From contig CASFBJ010000009.1 of assembly GCA_949292875.1 (NCBI GenBank), positions 64,271-128,270 on the forward strand: 64,000 nucleotides of DNA, read 5' to 3'. The notes beneath the pieces were generated by a model. The model did not search any database and was not told the DNA's origin. It worked only from the letters and a program-made list of their open reading frames with translations. A program made the position numbers and the translations under genes. This DNA is from an uncultured Christensenella sp. (GTDB taxonomy: Bacteria > Bacillota > Clostridia > Christensenellales > UBA1242). This document shows positions 17,218 to 26,392 of this stretch, one piece after another; position 1 is the first letter of the stretch; each line of letters opens with the position of its first letter.

Positions 17218-17241
17218 AAATGGGGGAAACCCATTTTTTTG
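17218..17241 (+). terminator. intrinsic terminator after rpmE
   Basis: atggg / cccat stem, ggaaa loop, then TTTTTTT. Confidence 0.7.
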
Positions 17242-17264
17242 TAGTTTATTATTTATTGTATTGC

Positions 17265-17293
17265 TTGACTACAAAAGTGAAATTTGCTAACAT
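17265..17293 (+). promoter_or_regulatory. promoter placing the TSS at or next to the prmC ATG (possible leaderless mRNA)
   Basis: TTGACT (17265-17270), a 17-nt spacer, then TGcTAACAT (17288-17293). The ATG is at 17300 and there is no SD in between. Confidence 0.5.
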
Positions 17294-17299
17294 GCTTGT

Positions 17300-18148
17300 A
17301 TGAAAAATTTTAGTAAATCTTTTTTTCTAAAGCAATTAGAAGATATAGGATTATCTGAACATGAGAGCATTCATTTCATATGTGAATGTTTACATATTTC
17401 TTATACTGAATTTGTTTTATTAGAAAATATAAACATTGCACAATCAAAAGAGTTAAAGAAATGTATTTCAAAAGCAAAAAAAGGAATGCCTGTAAATAAA
17501 ATACTTAAAAAATCATATTTTTATGGTAGAGAGTTTTACATAAATAATAATGTACTTGCTCCTAGATTAGATACAGAACTTGTTGTGGAAAAAGCATTAA
17601 AAGAGATAAATGATATTATCAATGCTACTAAAAAAAATACTATAAAAGTTTTAGACTTATGTACAGGTAGTGGAATTATAGGAATTACAATAAGATTAGA
17701 GAATAATAATGCTACTGTTGACTGCTCAGATATAAGTGCAAAGGCATTAAAGGTTGCTAAAAAAAATAGTATTTCATTAAATGCTGATGTTACATTTATA
17801 AAGTCAAATTTATTTGATAAAATTATAGAAAAATATGATATTATAGTAAGCAATCCGCCTTATATTAGTAAAAATGAATATGAAAATTTATCAATCAGTG
17901 TAAAAAAATATGACCCATACATTTCATTAGTCGCAAAAGATAGTGGATTAGATATATACAAAAGAATACAAAGAGATATAAAAAAATATTTAAATGAAAA
18001 TGGTGCACTTGTGCTAGAAATTGGATATAATCAAGGTGCAGAAGTAGCAAAGATATTTGAAGAAACATTCTCAGATGTAAAAGTGTATAAAGATTATAAT
18101 AATAACGATAGAATAGTAATTGCAAAAGGAGTAAAAAATGTTAGATAA
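17300..18148 (+). CDS. prmC: release-factor glutamine N5-methyltransferase
   Basis: ..NNNVLAPRLDTE.., VLDLCTGSGIIG (SAM site) and VSNPPYIS (NPPY). Confidence 0.88.
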   Translation: MKNFSKSFFLKQLEDIGLSEHESIHFICECLHISYTEFVLLENINIAQSKELKKCISKAKKGMPVNKILKKSYFYGREFYINNNVLAPRLDTELVVEKALKEINDIINATKKNTIKVLDLCTGSGIIGITIRLENNNATVDCSDISAKALKVAKKNSISLNADVTFIKSNLFDKIIEKYDIIVSNPPYISKNEYENLSISVKKYDPYISLVAKDSGLDIYKRIQRDIKKYLNENGALVLEIGYNQGAEVAKIFEETFSDVKVYKDYNNNDRIVIAKGVKNVR

Positions 18149-19208
18149 ATTAAAGCCTATAAAGGATAAGTATATAGAACTTACAGAAATGTCTATAAAT
18201 CCTGAAGTTATAGCAGATAATAAAAAATGGCAAAAGATAGTAAAAGAAAGAAGTAAACTAGAAAATATAGTAAACATATATGACAATATGCAAAAATGTG
18301 TAAATGACTTGAATAATGCAGAAGAATTGTTCCATTTAGAGAAAGATAAAGAAATGAAAGAGCTTTTAGAACAAGAAATAAAAGAAAACAAAGCAAAATA
18401 CGAAAAATTGTGTGAAGAAGCTAAGATAGAACTTTTGCCAAAAGATGAAAATGATGAAGGTAATGTTATTTTAGAACTAAGAGCTGGTGCTGGAGGAGAT
18501 GAGGCTGGTATATTTGCTCATGATTTAATGAAAATGTATATGTTATATGCTCAAAAGAAAGGCTGGAGAGCGGAAGTAACTGATATTAACGAAACAGAAG
18601 TAGGCGGTATAAAAGATGCTGTTATGCTTATTACAGGTAAACAAGCATTTAAAAATTTGAAATTTGAAAGTGGTGTACATAGAGTGCAGAGAGTACCTGA
18701 AACAGAATCTCAAGGTAGAGTACATACTTCTACTGCGACTGTTGCTGTTTTACCTGAACTGCAAGAAGTAGAATTTGAAATGGATGAAAAAGATTTTAGA
18801 ATAGATACTTATAGAGCGAGCGGTGCAGGTGGACAACATATAAATAAGACTGATAGTGCTATAAGAATCACACACTTTCCAACTGGAATAGTAGTAACTT
18901 GTCAAGATGAAAGAAGTCAAATTAAAAATAGAGAAAAAGCATGGAATATAATGCGTTCAAAACTATACGACTTGTACCAAGGACAAAAGGAAAAAGAATA
19001 TGCAGAAAATAGAAAGATACAAATAGGTACGGGAGATAGAGCAGAGAAAATAAGGACTTATAATTATCCGCAGAGTAGAATAACAGACCATAGAATAAAC
19101 TATACAACACATGATTTAGAGGGTTTTATGGCTGGAGATATACAAGAAATGGTTGATGAACTTAATATGGCAGACCAAAGAGCAAAATTAGAAAAGGCAA
19201 GTTTATAG
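18138..19208 (+). CDS. prfA: peptide chain release factor 1
   Basis: RVPETESQGRVHTS (PxT tripeptide region) and SGAGGQHINKTDSAIRITH (GGQ). It overlaps the prmC stop by 11 nt. Confidence 0.93.
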   Translation: MLDKLKPIKDKYIELTEMSINPEVIADNKKWQKIVKERSKLENIVNIYDNMQKCVNDLNNAEELFHLEKDKEMKELLEQEIKENKAKYEKLCEEAKIELLPKDENDEGNVILELRAGAGGDEAGIFAHDLMKMYMLYAQKKGWRAEVTDINETEVGGIKDAVMLITGKQAFKNLKFESGVHRVQRVPETESQGRVHTSTATVAVLPELQEVEFEMDEKDFRIDTYRASGAGGQHINKTDSAIRITHFPTGIVVTCQDERSQIKNREKAWNIMRSKLYDLYQGQKEKEYAENRKIQIGTGDRAEKIRTYNYPQSRITDHRINYTTHDLEGFMAGDIQEMVDELNMADQRAKLEKASL

Positions 19209-19282
19209 ATATAAGAAAGTACATTTAATTTGATAAATAAAAATATTAACTTATAAAAAGAAAAAATAATTTTATAAATCCA

Positions 19283-19311
19283 TTGACTTTTATTTTATTT
19301 TATGATATCAT
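19283..19311 (+). promoter_or_regulatory. rplJL promoter
   Basis: TTGACT (19283-19288), a 17-nt spacer, then TGaTATCAT (19306-19311). Confidence 0.65.
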
Positions 19312-19317
19312 ACATTT

Positions 19318-19467
19318 GTAATAATTAATTTCTAACCTAAGACAGTAAGTGCTTAAGCTTAAAAATGCTTACCGAGGAAAGATATAGAACTGGTTTTTTC
19401 ATCTCTATACCTTTTGTCTTTAGGAGGTATAGAGATTTTTTGTTTCAATATACAAGGAGGGAACATA
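19318..19467 (+). promoter_or_regulatory. rplJ 5' leader with terminator/attenuator hairpin (candidate L10 autoregulatory leader)
   Basis: A ~150-nt leader. A perfect 12-bp stem, atctctatacct (19401-19412) with aggtatagagat (19425-19436), is followed by TTTTTT and lies 25 nt upstream of the SD AAGGAGG. Firmicute rplJ operons are known to carry an L10(L12)4-binding leader of this design. The upstream binding element was not verified by eye. Confidence 0.5.
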
Positions 19468-19959
19468 ATGAGTGCAAGAAAAGATTCTAAAGTAGCACTT
19501 GTAGCTGAGATAAAAGAGAAGTTACAAAAAGCTAAGTCTATGATTGTAGTAAATTATGCGGGTACAACTGTTGATAAAGATACTCAACTTAGAAACGATT
19601 TTCGTAAAGAAAATGTTGAATACCATGTATATAAAAATAGACTAGTTCTTCGTGCTTTAAAAGAGTTGGGCTATGATATAGATGAAAAGTTACTAGAAGG
19701 AACAAACTCTTTTGCTCTAAGTTATGACGATGAAGTTGCTGGTGCTAGAATATTAAATAGCTTTATAAAAGATAATCCAAATATGCAATTTGTTTTCGGA
19801 ACTCTAGGAAACGAAGTTCTTTCAAAAGAGAAAGTAGAAACTATAGCTAAGTTGCCAAGCAAGCAAGCTCTAATTGGTCAATTGTTAAGCGTATTGAATG
19901 GACCTATCCGTGGTGTTTGTGTTGCTTTAAATGCTATAGCAGAAAAAGGACAAAATTAA
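19468..19959 (+). CDS. rplJ: 50S ribosomal protein L10
   Basis: I prefer ATG 19468 (AAGGAGG 7 nt upstream) over the track start at 19414, which lies inside the terminator hairpin. The sequence MSARKDSKVALVAEIKEKLQKAKSMIVVNYAGTTV is typical L10. Confidence 0.92.
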   Translation: MSARKDSKVALVAEIKEKLQKAKSMIVVNYAGTTVDKDTQLRNDFRKENVEYHVYKNRLVLRALKELGYDIDEKLLEGTNSFALSYDDEVAGARILNSFIKDNPNMQFVFGTLGNEVLSKEKVETIAKLPSKQALIGQLLSVLNGPIRGVCVALNAIAEKGQN

Positions 19960-19980
19960 AATAAAAAGGAGATATTAAAA

Positions 19981-20346
19981 ATGGCTGATTTAAATAAAAT
20001 TGTAGAAGAAATAGAAAAACTTACAGTTGTTGAAGTAAGTGAATTAGTAAAAATGTTAGAAGAAAAGTTTGGTGTAAGTGCTGCTGCACCTGTAATGATG
20101 GCAGGACCAGTAGCTGCTGCTGCTGAAGAAGAAACTAAGAGCGAATTCAATGTAGTTCTTAAGGATGCTGGTGCATCTAAGATTGCAATTATTAAACTTG
20201 TTAAGGAAATGACTGGTTTAGGACTTGCTGATGCTAAGGCTATAGTTGATAACTGCGGTACAGTTAAGGAGAATGTTCCTGCTAAAGAAGCTCAAGAAAT
20301 GGCTGATAAATTAAAAGCTGCTGGCGCTGTAGTTGAATTAAAGTAA
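19981..20346 (+). CDS. rplL: 50S ribosomal protein L7/L12
   Basis: N-terminal dimerisation helix, an Ala-rich hinge (AAAPVMMAGPVAAAAEEE), and the C-terminal ..KLVKEMTGLGLADAKAIVD... Confidence 0.95.
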   Translation: MADLNKIVEEIEKLTVVEVSELVKMLEEKFGVSAAAPVMMAGPVAAAAEEETKSEFNVVLKDAGASKIAIIKLVKEMTGLGLADAKAIVDNCGTVKENVPAKEAQEMADKLKAAGAVVELK

Positions 20347-20370
20347 TTGAATAAAATTTTATAAGTATTA

Positions 20371-20397
20371 AAAATGTGCATTTGCACATTTTTTTTA
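20371..20397 (+). terminator. intrinsic terminator after rplL
   Basis: aatgtg / cacatt stem followed by TTTTTTTT. Confidence 0.7.
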
Positions 20398-20520
20398 TAT
20401 AGTAAAGTTGATTATATAAGCTTTAAAAATATTTTTTATATAATAAAGACTGTTATCAAAGTTTTTTAAAAATATAATGTATTATTGATTTGGAATATTT
20501 CTTTTATTTATTCGTATGTT

Positions 20521-20561
20521 TTAATTTTTAATTTTAAAAAATTAATTAAAATTAAAATTAA
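20521..20561. repeat. AT-only palindromic element, copy B
   Basis: ttaatttttaattttaa (20521-20537) and ttaaaattaaaattaa (20546-20561) are reverse complements apart from one extra T. Confidence 0.6.
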
Positions 20562-20704
20562 AAAACATAAACATTAATTAACTTTTTAGTACTGTATTTT
20601 AAAAATTTTGAAATTTTTATAAAGAATTAAGATGCTATTTGCTGATTTTCTTTAACAAAAAAGTCCATAAAAAAGTGTTTTTTAAGGTTTTTTAAAATAA
20701 ACCC

Positions 20705-20733
20705 TTGTATTTTCATATTTTTTGTATTATAAT
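20705..20733 (+). promoter_or_regulatory. promoter of the lipoprotein/7-TM operon
   Basis: TTGTAT (20705-20710), a 17-nt spacer, then TATAAT (20728-20733). Confidence 0.55.
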
Positions 20734-20801
20734 AGGTTATAATATATTATTATAAAGTTGTAATTAGTTTCAAATATTTTAGAAAGCAAAAGGAGAAAGT
20801 T

Positions 20802-22505
20802 ATGAATAAAGTCAAGACTACTTTATGTATGTGTATGATTATTTGTATGTCTTTCTTTTTTGCTGGTTGTTTTACTTTTGTTCAAGGTGAAAATGGAGAG
20901 CCTGGTTCATTAGAAGATTCGTTACAAACTCTTGTGTACACTTCAAAGGGTGATGGAAGCGAAACGGGTAACGATGCCTATGGTATGGTTTCAGAACTAA
21001 CAAATAGAATTTTAAAAGGTTTATATGATGAATACGGTAATCCTTTAACTGCCATATCTCGTAGCATTGAAGATACTCATCTTAATGCTATTTATCAAGA
21101 TAGTTGGTTGTGGGGTGGTAGTTGGTTATACGGTGAAGATGGTAATAAACTTTATACATATCTTGATTTTGCAAATAGTGAAGTTGTTGCCTATATGAAT
21201 TATCAGTTGTATCAAGTATTGTTAGGCAAAGATGTTTTACCATATACTCCAAATGATTTTGCTTCAAATAGCGAATACATTGCATTAAAAAATGCGGGAG
21301 AGTTTAACGAAGAAAACTTGCTTAAACTTGCAAAACAACTTAGTCATACAGGTTTCTTCTATTATGAAATAGACAATATTGCAGAGTTTTTGCTTGAAAG
21401 TGTAATAGGTGAAAGTGCTGTAACAAAAGATTTAAAGAAGTTTGTAGATGTGAATAATAACGCAACATTTGATTATGTTGAAGATTACATAGAGTTGTCC
21501 ATATCAAAGTATAAAAATATAATTGTGTCTTATGACAATAGTAATGAAAGAAAAGATACAGTTATAAGGAATGAAATATGGTCAAGGATAGTGTGGGGTG
21601 ATGCTGAAAGTGTTCCTAGTGTTCCTAGCGATATAAGCAATGTGATTAATGAAAAAGCAAAAGACATTAATGAGTTAAAAGTACCAGAATTTGCGTATGG
21701 AGAAGATATTGTAAATAATCCAAAATATAGCGGATTTAAAAACTATACAAATACGATATATTTCATTTGTTATAGTAGTATGTTAGATTTTAGTTTTGTA
21801 TCAAAAGATAATGATGGTAATATAGTAACAAAAGATATACCTAATGTACTAGAAATGAGTCATGTGCCAAATATCACAAAAGATGTATACAAACCTGAAG
21901 ATACAGAGTATATTGAAGAAATAGATGGATTTAAAGTTCCAATTAAACAATACAAAAGCGTACTTGTTTCTGTTAAAAAATTAACTTTATTTAATTCCTT
22001 TTACTTTAATTTTTATACTAATCAAGATTTTGATATAACTATAGATATAAAGATTAGATATCATTTTACAGATGATAGTTATAGGGAATATATAGGAACA
22101 TATGCAGGTATTGAGAAAACAGTGGAAGCTAAAGTTGGTCAAGTAACATTTAACAATGAAGAAATTTTACAATATGGTACAAGTATATCTATTACTGATG
22201 AATTAGTTCAAGAATATAAAGAAATGGGACTTGATTGTTTTAAAGAAGAAGATGTTACAGATATGGCAAGATTAGGTGTTACAAATATTTTAGTGAATAC
22301 ATATTTACCTTTTCACTATCCTGAAGGAGTTACACCTCCATGGTGGCAAATAGATGAGGGGTATATAGCGGCACCAAGTGATAATTTTGTTGGATCAACA
22401 TTTAATTTTAACAATGAAATTGCAGATTTTTTTGAGTTTAAATTTGAGTTGGTTGGAGAATACAGTGAGCCTGTAAATTTTGGTATATGTTTTAGTTGGA
22501 TGTAA
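20802..22505 (+). CDS. hypothetical surface lipoprotein (567 aa)
   Basis: AAGGAG SD. Signal peptide with the lipobox MSFFFAGC. The rest is hydrophilic and Y/N/E-rich. Translationally linked to 22524-24779. Confidence 0.75.
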   Translation: MNKVKTTLCMCMIICMSFFFAGCFTFVQGENGEPGSLEDSLQTLVYTSKGDGSETGNDAYGMVSELTNRILKGLYDEYGNPLTAISRSIEDTHLNAIYQDSWLWGGSWLYGEDGNKLYTYLDFANSEVVAYMNYQLYQVLLGKDVLPYTPNDFASNSEYIALKNAGEFNEENLLKLAKQLSHTGFFYYEIDNIAEFLLESVIGESAVTKDLKKFVDVNNNATFDYVEDYIELSISKYKNIIVSYDNSNERKDTVIRNEIWSRIVWGDAESVPSVPSDISNVINEKAKDINELKVPEFAYGEDIVNNPKYSGFKNYTNTIYFICYSSMLDFSFVSKDNDGNIVTKDIPNVLEMSHVPNITKDVYKPEDTEYIEEIDGFKVPIKQYKSVLVSVKKLTLFNSFYFNFYTNQDFDITIDIKIRYHFTDDSYREYIGTYAGIEKTVEAKVGQVTFNNEEILQYGTSISITDELVQEYKEMGLDCFKEEDVTDMARLGVTNILVNTYLPFHYPEGVTPPWWQIDEGYIAAPSDNFVGSTFNFNNEIADFFEFKFELVGEYSEPVNFGICFSWM

Positions 22506-22523
22506 AGAGGGAGAGAAGATGTT

Positions 22524-24779
22524 ATGTTTGTAAATAAATTATTATTTTTGGATGGTTTTAATCCTGTTAATTGGTTTAAAGATATAATCCAATCAATAGT
22601 TGATGTTTTTTTAAACTTGTGGGGAGAAATACTTAAAGCGTTGTATAATATTTGGGCGACGCTTGCTTCCATTATAGATGCCATACAAGTAATATTCGGT
22701 ATGCTTGTAGGAGTAAATGAAGTCGTTTGGGTAGATTCATCAACTATGGGCAGTTCTCAATTAGGTGAAGTCGCTTCAAATAATATCATTATTTCAATAT
22801 TTACTCATGAATATGTATATGGTGCATTTATAAAGATACTTATATTATCTATATTTTTGCTTGTTATATTTACCATGATTGCAATAATTAAGCAAGAGTA
22901 TTCTACATCTGTAGAAAAAGCAGAAAATAACCCTATGGAAATAATTAAAAGAAGTGTAAGAGCGTTAGTTAGTTTCTTATGTGTGCCGTTAGTGTGTATT
23001 TTTGGAGTGTTGGCATCGGGGTACTTAATGCAGGCATTAGATGCAGCAACTAGTGTTACTGGACAAACGCTTATAAGTAACAAAATGTTTACAATCTGCA
23101 TGCAAGATGCAAGTAGAGTTAGAACAGATGAAAACTTCTATCTGAGTCTTACTAATCAAGGTGGAGATTACTCGCTATCTAATGATAAAGAAAAATTACC
23201 AAACCTTATACAAGGAACCAGTCGTAATGAAGTCGCTCAAAGTATAGATGATTGTTTCTTATACGGGAAAGCTTTACCAGATGGTGTAAGTTTTGGAACT
23301 GATGATAGATTTTCTAACTTTATTAGCAATGGTAATGGAATGAATGATGATAAATTTTTTAACACAAAAAATCCAGCACAAGTATTTTATTACTATGATT
23401 TAACAAAATTTAATTGGCTTATAGGTTTCTTTACTATCTTTTATATTGGCGCTGTAATGATTAGAATAGTACTGGGGGCTGCCGTAAGGCTTTATGAACT
23501 CGCTATACTATTTGTAGTATCACCTGCTATCATATCTTTGTATCCGTTAGATAAAGGTGAAGCATTGAAAAAGTGGCAAACAAAATTTATAGGTAAAACT
23601 ACTATGATTTTTGCTCCAGTGATTGCGCTAAATTTGTATTTCATTCTTGTTGCAACACTAATTCAAGTAGATTTTTCAGCTTCACTAGCAGTAGCATTAG
23701 AAATGGAAGGTCATAGCATATTTACTGGTATAAGTGGTTTCTTCTTGCAACAAATATACAGCATATTTATTCTAATTGCAGGATTAATGGTTTGTGAAAA
23801 GTCTATTGCATGGCTTGGTGAAATGATTGGTGCTGAAGATATAGATGCTGCAGGTAAGTCTTTAAGAGGCTCAATAGGTGAAACATTGCAAAATAGTGCA
23901 TCTGCAAAATACCTAATGAGTAAAGGGGCAAGTGCAAAGGGTAAAATGCAAAATGCCGCTTCAAGAGCATCTGGAGCAGTAAAAGATAAAGTGGGTACTA
24001 AATTTAGATCTGTAAGAGATAGAGGCATGATTAAAAATGAGAAAGCTAAACGAGCCACAGAGTTTGAAAAACAAAAGGAAGAGGCTCAAAATAAATTTGA
24101 GGAAAATAAAGCTGAGTTAGATATAAAACATGCAGAAGATACTGCTAAAATAGATAAATTGCTTAATGAAGGCAAGATTGATGAAGCAAGGGCTGCAGAA
24201 TTAAAGGCAACTAAGGATGCATCTTATGAAAAAGCTTTAAAAGACTTGAAAAAAAATTACAACAAAGAAAAAGAAGAAATGCAAGAACAATATGATTACG
24301 ATATGACAAAAGGCATTAAATACCAAGTTACTCATGCTTCTTCTAGTGAAAGAAAGGCAATGAGAAAAGATCATAAAAAGAGAAATGCAGATGGTAAGAA
24401 AAAACAGGATATAGAAAATCTTGCTAAAGATATGGAAAATAGACTTGAAGGAATGGGTAGAGTTCGTAGAGCTGTAGCGATAAAGACAAAACTTTCTTTA
24501 AAGGGACATGAAATTAATAAAAAGGTAGATGAATGGAAAGAAAGATACAATGAAGAGTTGGATGCTAAAAATGCAGCAATACAAGAAAATGAAGAATTAA
24601 GTAAGGCATATAAAACAATTTTCAAAGCATCTACAAAAGTTAGGAAAGCAATTGTAAATGGTAACTATCAAGAAAGAGCTGGCTCTCTTCAATTAGGTTC
24701 TAGAGTTACAGACTTCTTTAATGATGTTACTAGTGAACCTGGAAGTGGTGGCAAGAAAGATGGTGGAGACAAGAAATAG
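22524..24779 (+). CDS. polytopic (~7 TM) membrane protein with large extracytoplasmic loop and K/E-rich coiled-coil tail; VirB6/ConG/TcpH-like by topology and context only
   Basis: GAGGGAGAG SD and an 18-nt gap after the lipoprotein gene. TM helices lie around aa 30-60, 95-120, 150-175, 300-325, 330-345, 360-385 and 405-425. The C-terminal ~300 aa are lysine/glutamate-rich. Confidence 0.7.
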   Translation: MFVNKLLFLDGFNPVNWFKDIIQSIVDVFLNLWGEILKALYNIWATLASIIDAIQVIFGMLVGVNEVVWVDSSTMGSSQLGEVASNNIIISIFTHEYVYGAFIKILILSIFLLVIFTMIAIIKQEYSTSVEKAENNPMEIIKRSVRALVSFLCVPLVCIFGVLASGYLMQALDAATSVTGQTLISNKMFTICMQDASRVRTDENFYLSLTNQGGDYSLSNDKEKLPNLIQGTSRNEVAQSIDDCFLYGKALPDGVSFGTDDRFSNFISNGNGMNDDKFFNTKNPAQVFYYYDLTKFNWLIGFFTIFYIGAVMIRIVLGAAVRLYELAILFVVSPAIISLYPLDKGEALKKWQTKFIGKTTMIFAPVIALNLYFILVATLIQVDFSASLAVALEMEGHSIFTGISGFFLQQIYSIFILIAGLMVCEKSIAWLGEMIGAEDIDAAGKSLRGSIGETLQNSASAKYLMSKGASAKGKMQNAASRASGAVKDKVGTKFRSVRDRGMIKNEKAKRATEFEKQKEEAQNKFEENKAELDIKHAEDTAKIDKLLNEGKIDEARAAELKATKDASYEKALKDLKKNYNKEKEEMQEQYDYDMTKGIKYQVTHASSSERKAMRKDHKKRNADGKKKQDIENLAKDMENRLEGMGRVRRAVAIKTKLSLKGHEINKKVDEWKERYNEELDAKNAAIQENEELSKAYKTIFKASTKVRKAIVNGNYQERAGSLQLGSRVTDFFNDVTSEPGSGGKKDGGDKK

Positions 24780-24836
24780 TATTTAGTCTATTTTCTAAAA
24801 AGAAATTTATACAAAATTTTGGCTTTCTGCTTGTAA

Positions 24837-24867
24837 TAAAAAATAGGGTTATGCCCTATTTTTTTTG
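24837..24867 (+). terminator. intrinsic terminator after 22524-24779
   Basis: ataggg / ccctat stem, flanked by an A-run and followed by TTTTTTTT. Confidence 0.75.
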
Positions 24868-25174
24868 TAACTTTTATTATATATATTTTAGTATACATCA
24901 TATTAATTTTTTATGTTAAGTAAAATGTATAACAAATAATTTTAAATAAAGAAGTTTGAATTAATATGATACAATGTAGATACAATTAGTTTATATTAAT
25001 CCATATATAGTTTTTTAAAAAACGATATTATATTTAAAATATAGTTATTTTTAATGAGTAAATAAGATAAAACTGCAAATGTAATAATAAAATATAGAGA
25101 ACTATACATTATATTTAACATGTGTATTACTACATTCATATTTTCAAATTTGATTTTCTAAACAAAAGATTTAT

Positions 25175-25218
25175 AAAAAAACCTATAATAAAGTTAAAAT
25201 ATATTTCTTTATTATAGG
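25175..25218 (-). terminator. intrinsic terminator for the minus-strand gene 25238-26221
   Basis: cctataataaag (25182-25193) pairs with ctttattatagg (25207-25218). The A-run at 25175-25181 is a T-run on the minus strand. Confidence 0.7.
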
Positions 25219-25237
25219 GTGCATTTATTTTATCCTA

Positions 25238-26221
25238 CTATTTGTTATTATCAAAACTATAAAAATTGCTTGATCTTGTTTCGTTTAGTTTAGATTTTGT
25301 GGAAATAGTTTGTTCTATGTGTTTTTGTATTTCTTCAAGAGAAATAGGTATAATTTCTGCAGAATTTTCATTAAATAAGCCATTATTATCTAGTAAAGAA
25401 TTTGCGAGGTCTTTAAGTACAAAATTTCCTTGTGTTTTTGTCGCATATTTAATATTTAATCTTGTTAACATAAAATCTATTGCTTCATGTAAGTCTTTAT
25501 AATTTTTATCTAATTCTATTTTATCCATAGATAAACAATCAGGTGTAGAAAGACCTTCTTTAAATGTATATAATGAAACTGAGTAATTGTCTTCATTTCT
25601 TTTCTTATTATATTGACCATTAATAAAAGAATAATCTAAACACATAAGATTAACTAAAGCATCTTCGTATCCACCTAAATCTGCTTGATAATTTATATAA
25701 AATTCTTTTTTAGTTTTATCATAACAAATAGTAAGCAAGTATATAGGAGGGTAATTTAAAGGTAAACCATTTTCTTTCTTTTTATTTAAAAGTTCGGGTG
25801 CAATAAGATACCATTTATAGAAGAACATATCATTTCCACTATAGTGATACGCACTTGCTCTAAAAGCGACTTTAGGAGATGAAAAAAGTAGTTCTTTTTC
25901 TTTATTTGGTAAAATAAAACTATATTTTTGTAATAGTCCTTTAAAAGAAAGTTTATAAGAATAAAATGAACTTTCAAGAATGAAACCTGCATCATCTAAG
26001 TGAAGTTTTTCTTTACAATTTTCTTTTTCGGAGTAAAGCATTTCAACAGTAGGTCTATATTCTCGTTTCTTTTCTGGAGTTATACCGGAGATTTCTTCTT
26101 TTTTTCGTTGTAATTCTTTGTTGCTTTCTGCATTTTCTCTATATTTTTCTACTTTATTTCTTGTTTGATATGTCTTTAAATAACTTTTTTGCATATTTGA
26201 AAATTGTCTTTTATTATTCAT
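25238..26221 (-). CDS. hypothetical soluble protein (328 aa), ORFan
   Basis: The track ORF extends to 26329, but a consensus promoter (26255-26283) lies inside that extension. The ATG at 26219-26221 (MNNKRQFSNMQ..) has AAAGGAA 9 nt upstream. No TM segment and no recognised motif. Confidence 0.7.
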   Translation of the reverse strand: MNNKRQFSNMQKSYLKTYQTRNKVEKYRENAESNKELQRKKEEISGITPEKKREYRPTVEMLYSEKENCKEKLHLDDAGFILESSFYSYKLSFKGLLQKYSFILPNKEKELLFSSPKVAFRASAYHYSGNDMFFYKWYLIAPELLNKKKENGLPLNYPPIYLLTICYDKTKKEFYINYQADLGGYEDALVNLMCLDYSFINGQYNKKRNEDNYSVSLYTFKEGLSTPDCLSMDKIELDKNYKDLHEAIDFMLTRLNIKYATKTQGNFVLKDLANSLLDNNGLFNENSAEIIPISLEEIQKHIEQTISTKSKLNETRSSNFYSFDNNK

Positions 26222-26254
26222 AAAACTAATTCCTTTTGTTATTGCTCTACACAT

Positions 26255-26283
26255 ATTATAATCAACGATTATTAAAAAGTCAA
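26255..26283 (-). promoter_or_regulatory. promoter of 25238-26221 (minus strand)
   Basis: The reverse complement reads TTGACT (26278-26283), a 17-nt spacer, then TATAAT (26255-26260). Confidence 0.7.
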
Positions 26284-26336
26284 TCCTAAAAAAACGCTTT
26301 AAAATAATAAAAATATGTATTTTAGGCAAAATAAAT

Positions 26337-26365
26337 TTGTACTTTTTAATTCAGTGTGCTATATT
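26337..26365 (+). promoter_or_regulatory. promoter of the VirB4-like gene
   Basis: TTGTAC (26337-26342), a 17-nt spacer, then TGcTATATT (26360-26365). It sits back-to-back with the minus-strand promoter, 54 bp away. Confidence 0.65.
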
Positions 26366-26392
26366 GAAAAAAAAGATGTGTAAGGAGAATGT

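Noticed and set aside
20500-20600. AT-rich repeated words (taattttaatttt...) that might be taken for a CRISPR array or tandem repeat.
   Set aside because: There are only two inverted arms with no regular repeat-spacer periodicity, and no cas genes are present. It is better described as a palindromic element (see findings).
26222-26329. N-terminal 36-codon extension of the 25238 ORF given in the track. Similar track extensions occur at 2198, 13829, 19414, 33260, 38654, 51675, 54662, 58505, 58545 and 60622.
   Set aside because: The extensions start at non-ATG codons or ATGs lacking an SD, and they often contain the gene's own promoter or a terminator hairpin. Downstream ATGs with well-spaced AGGAG-type SDs were preferred.
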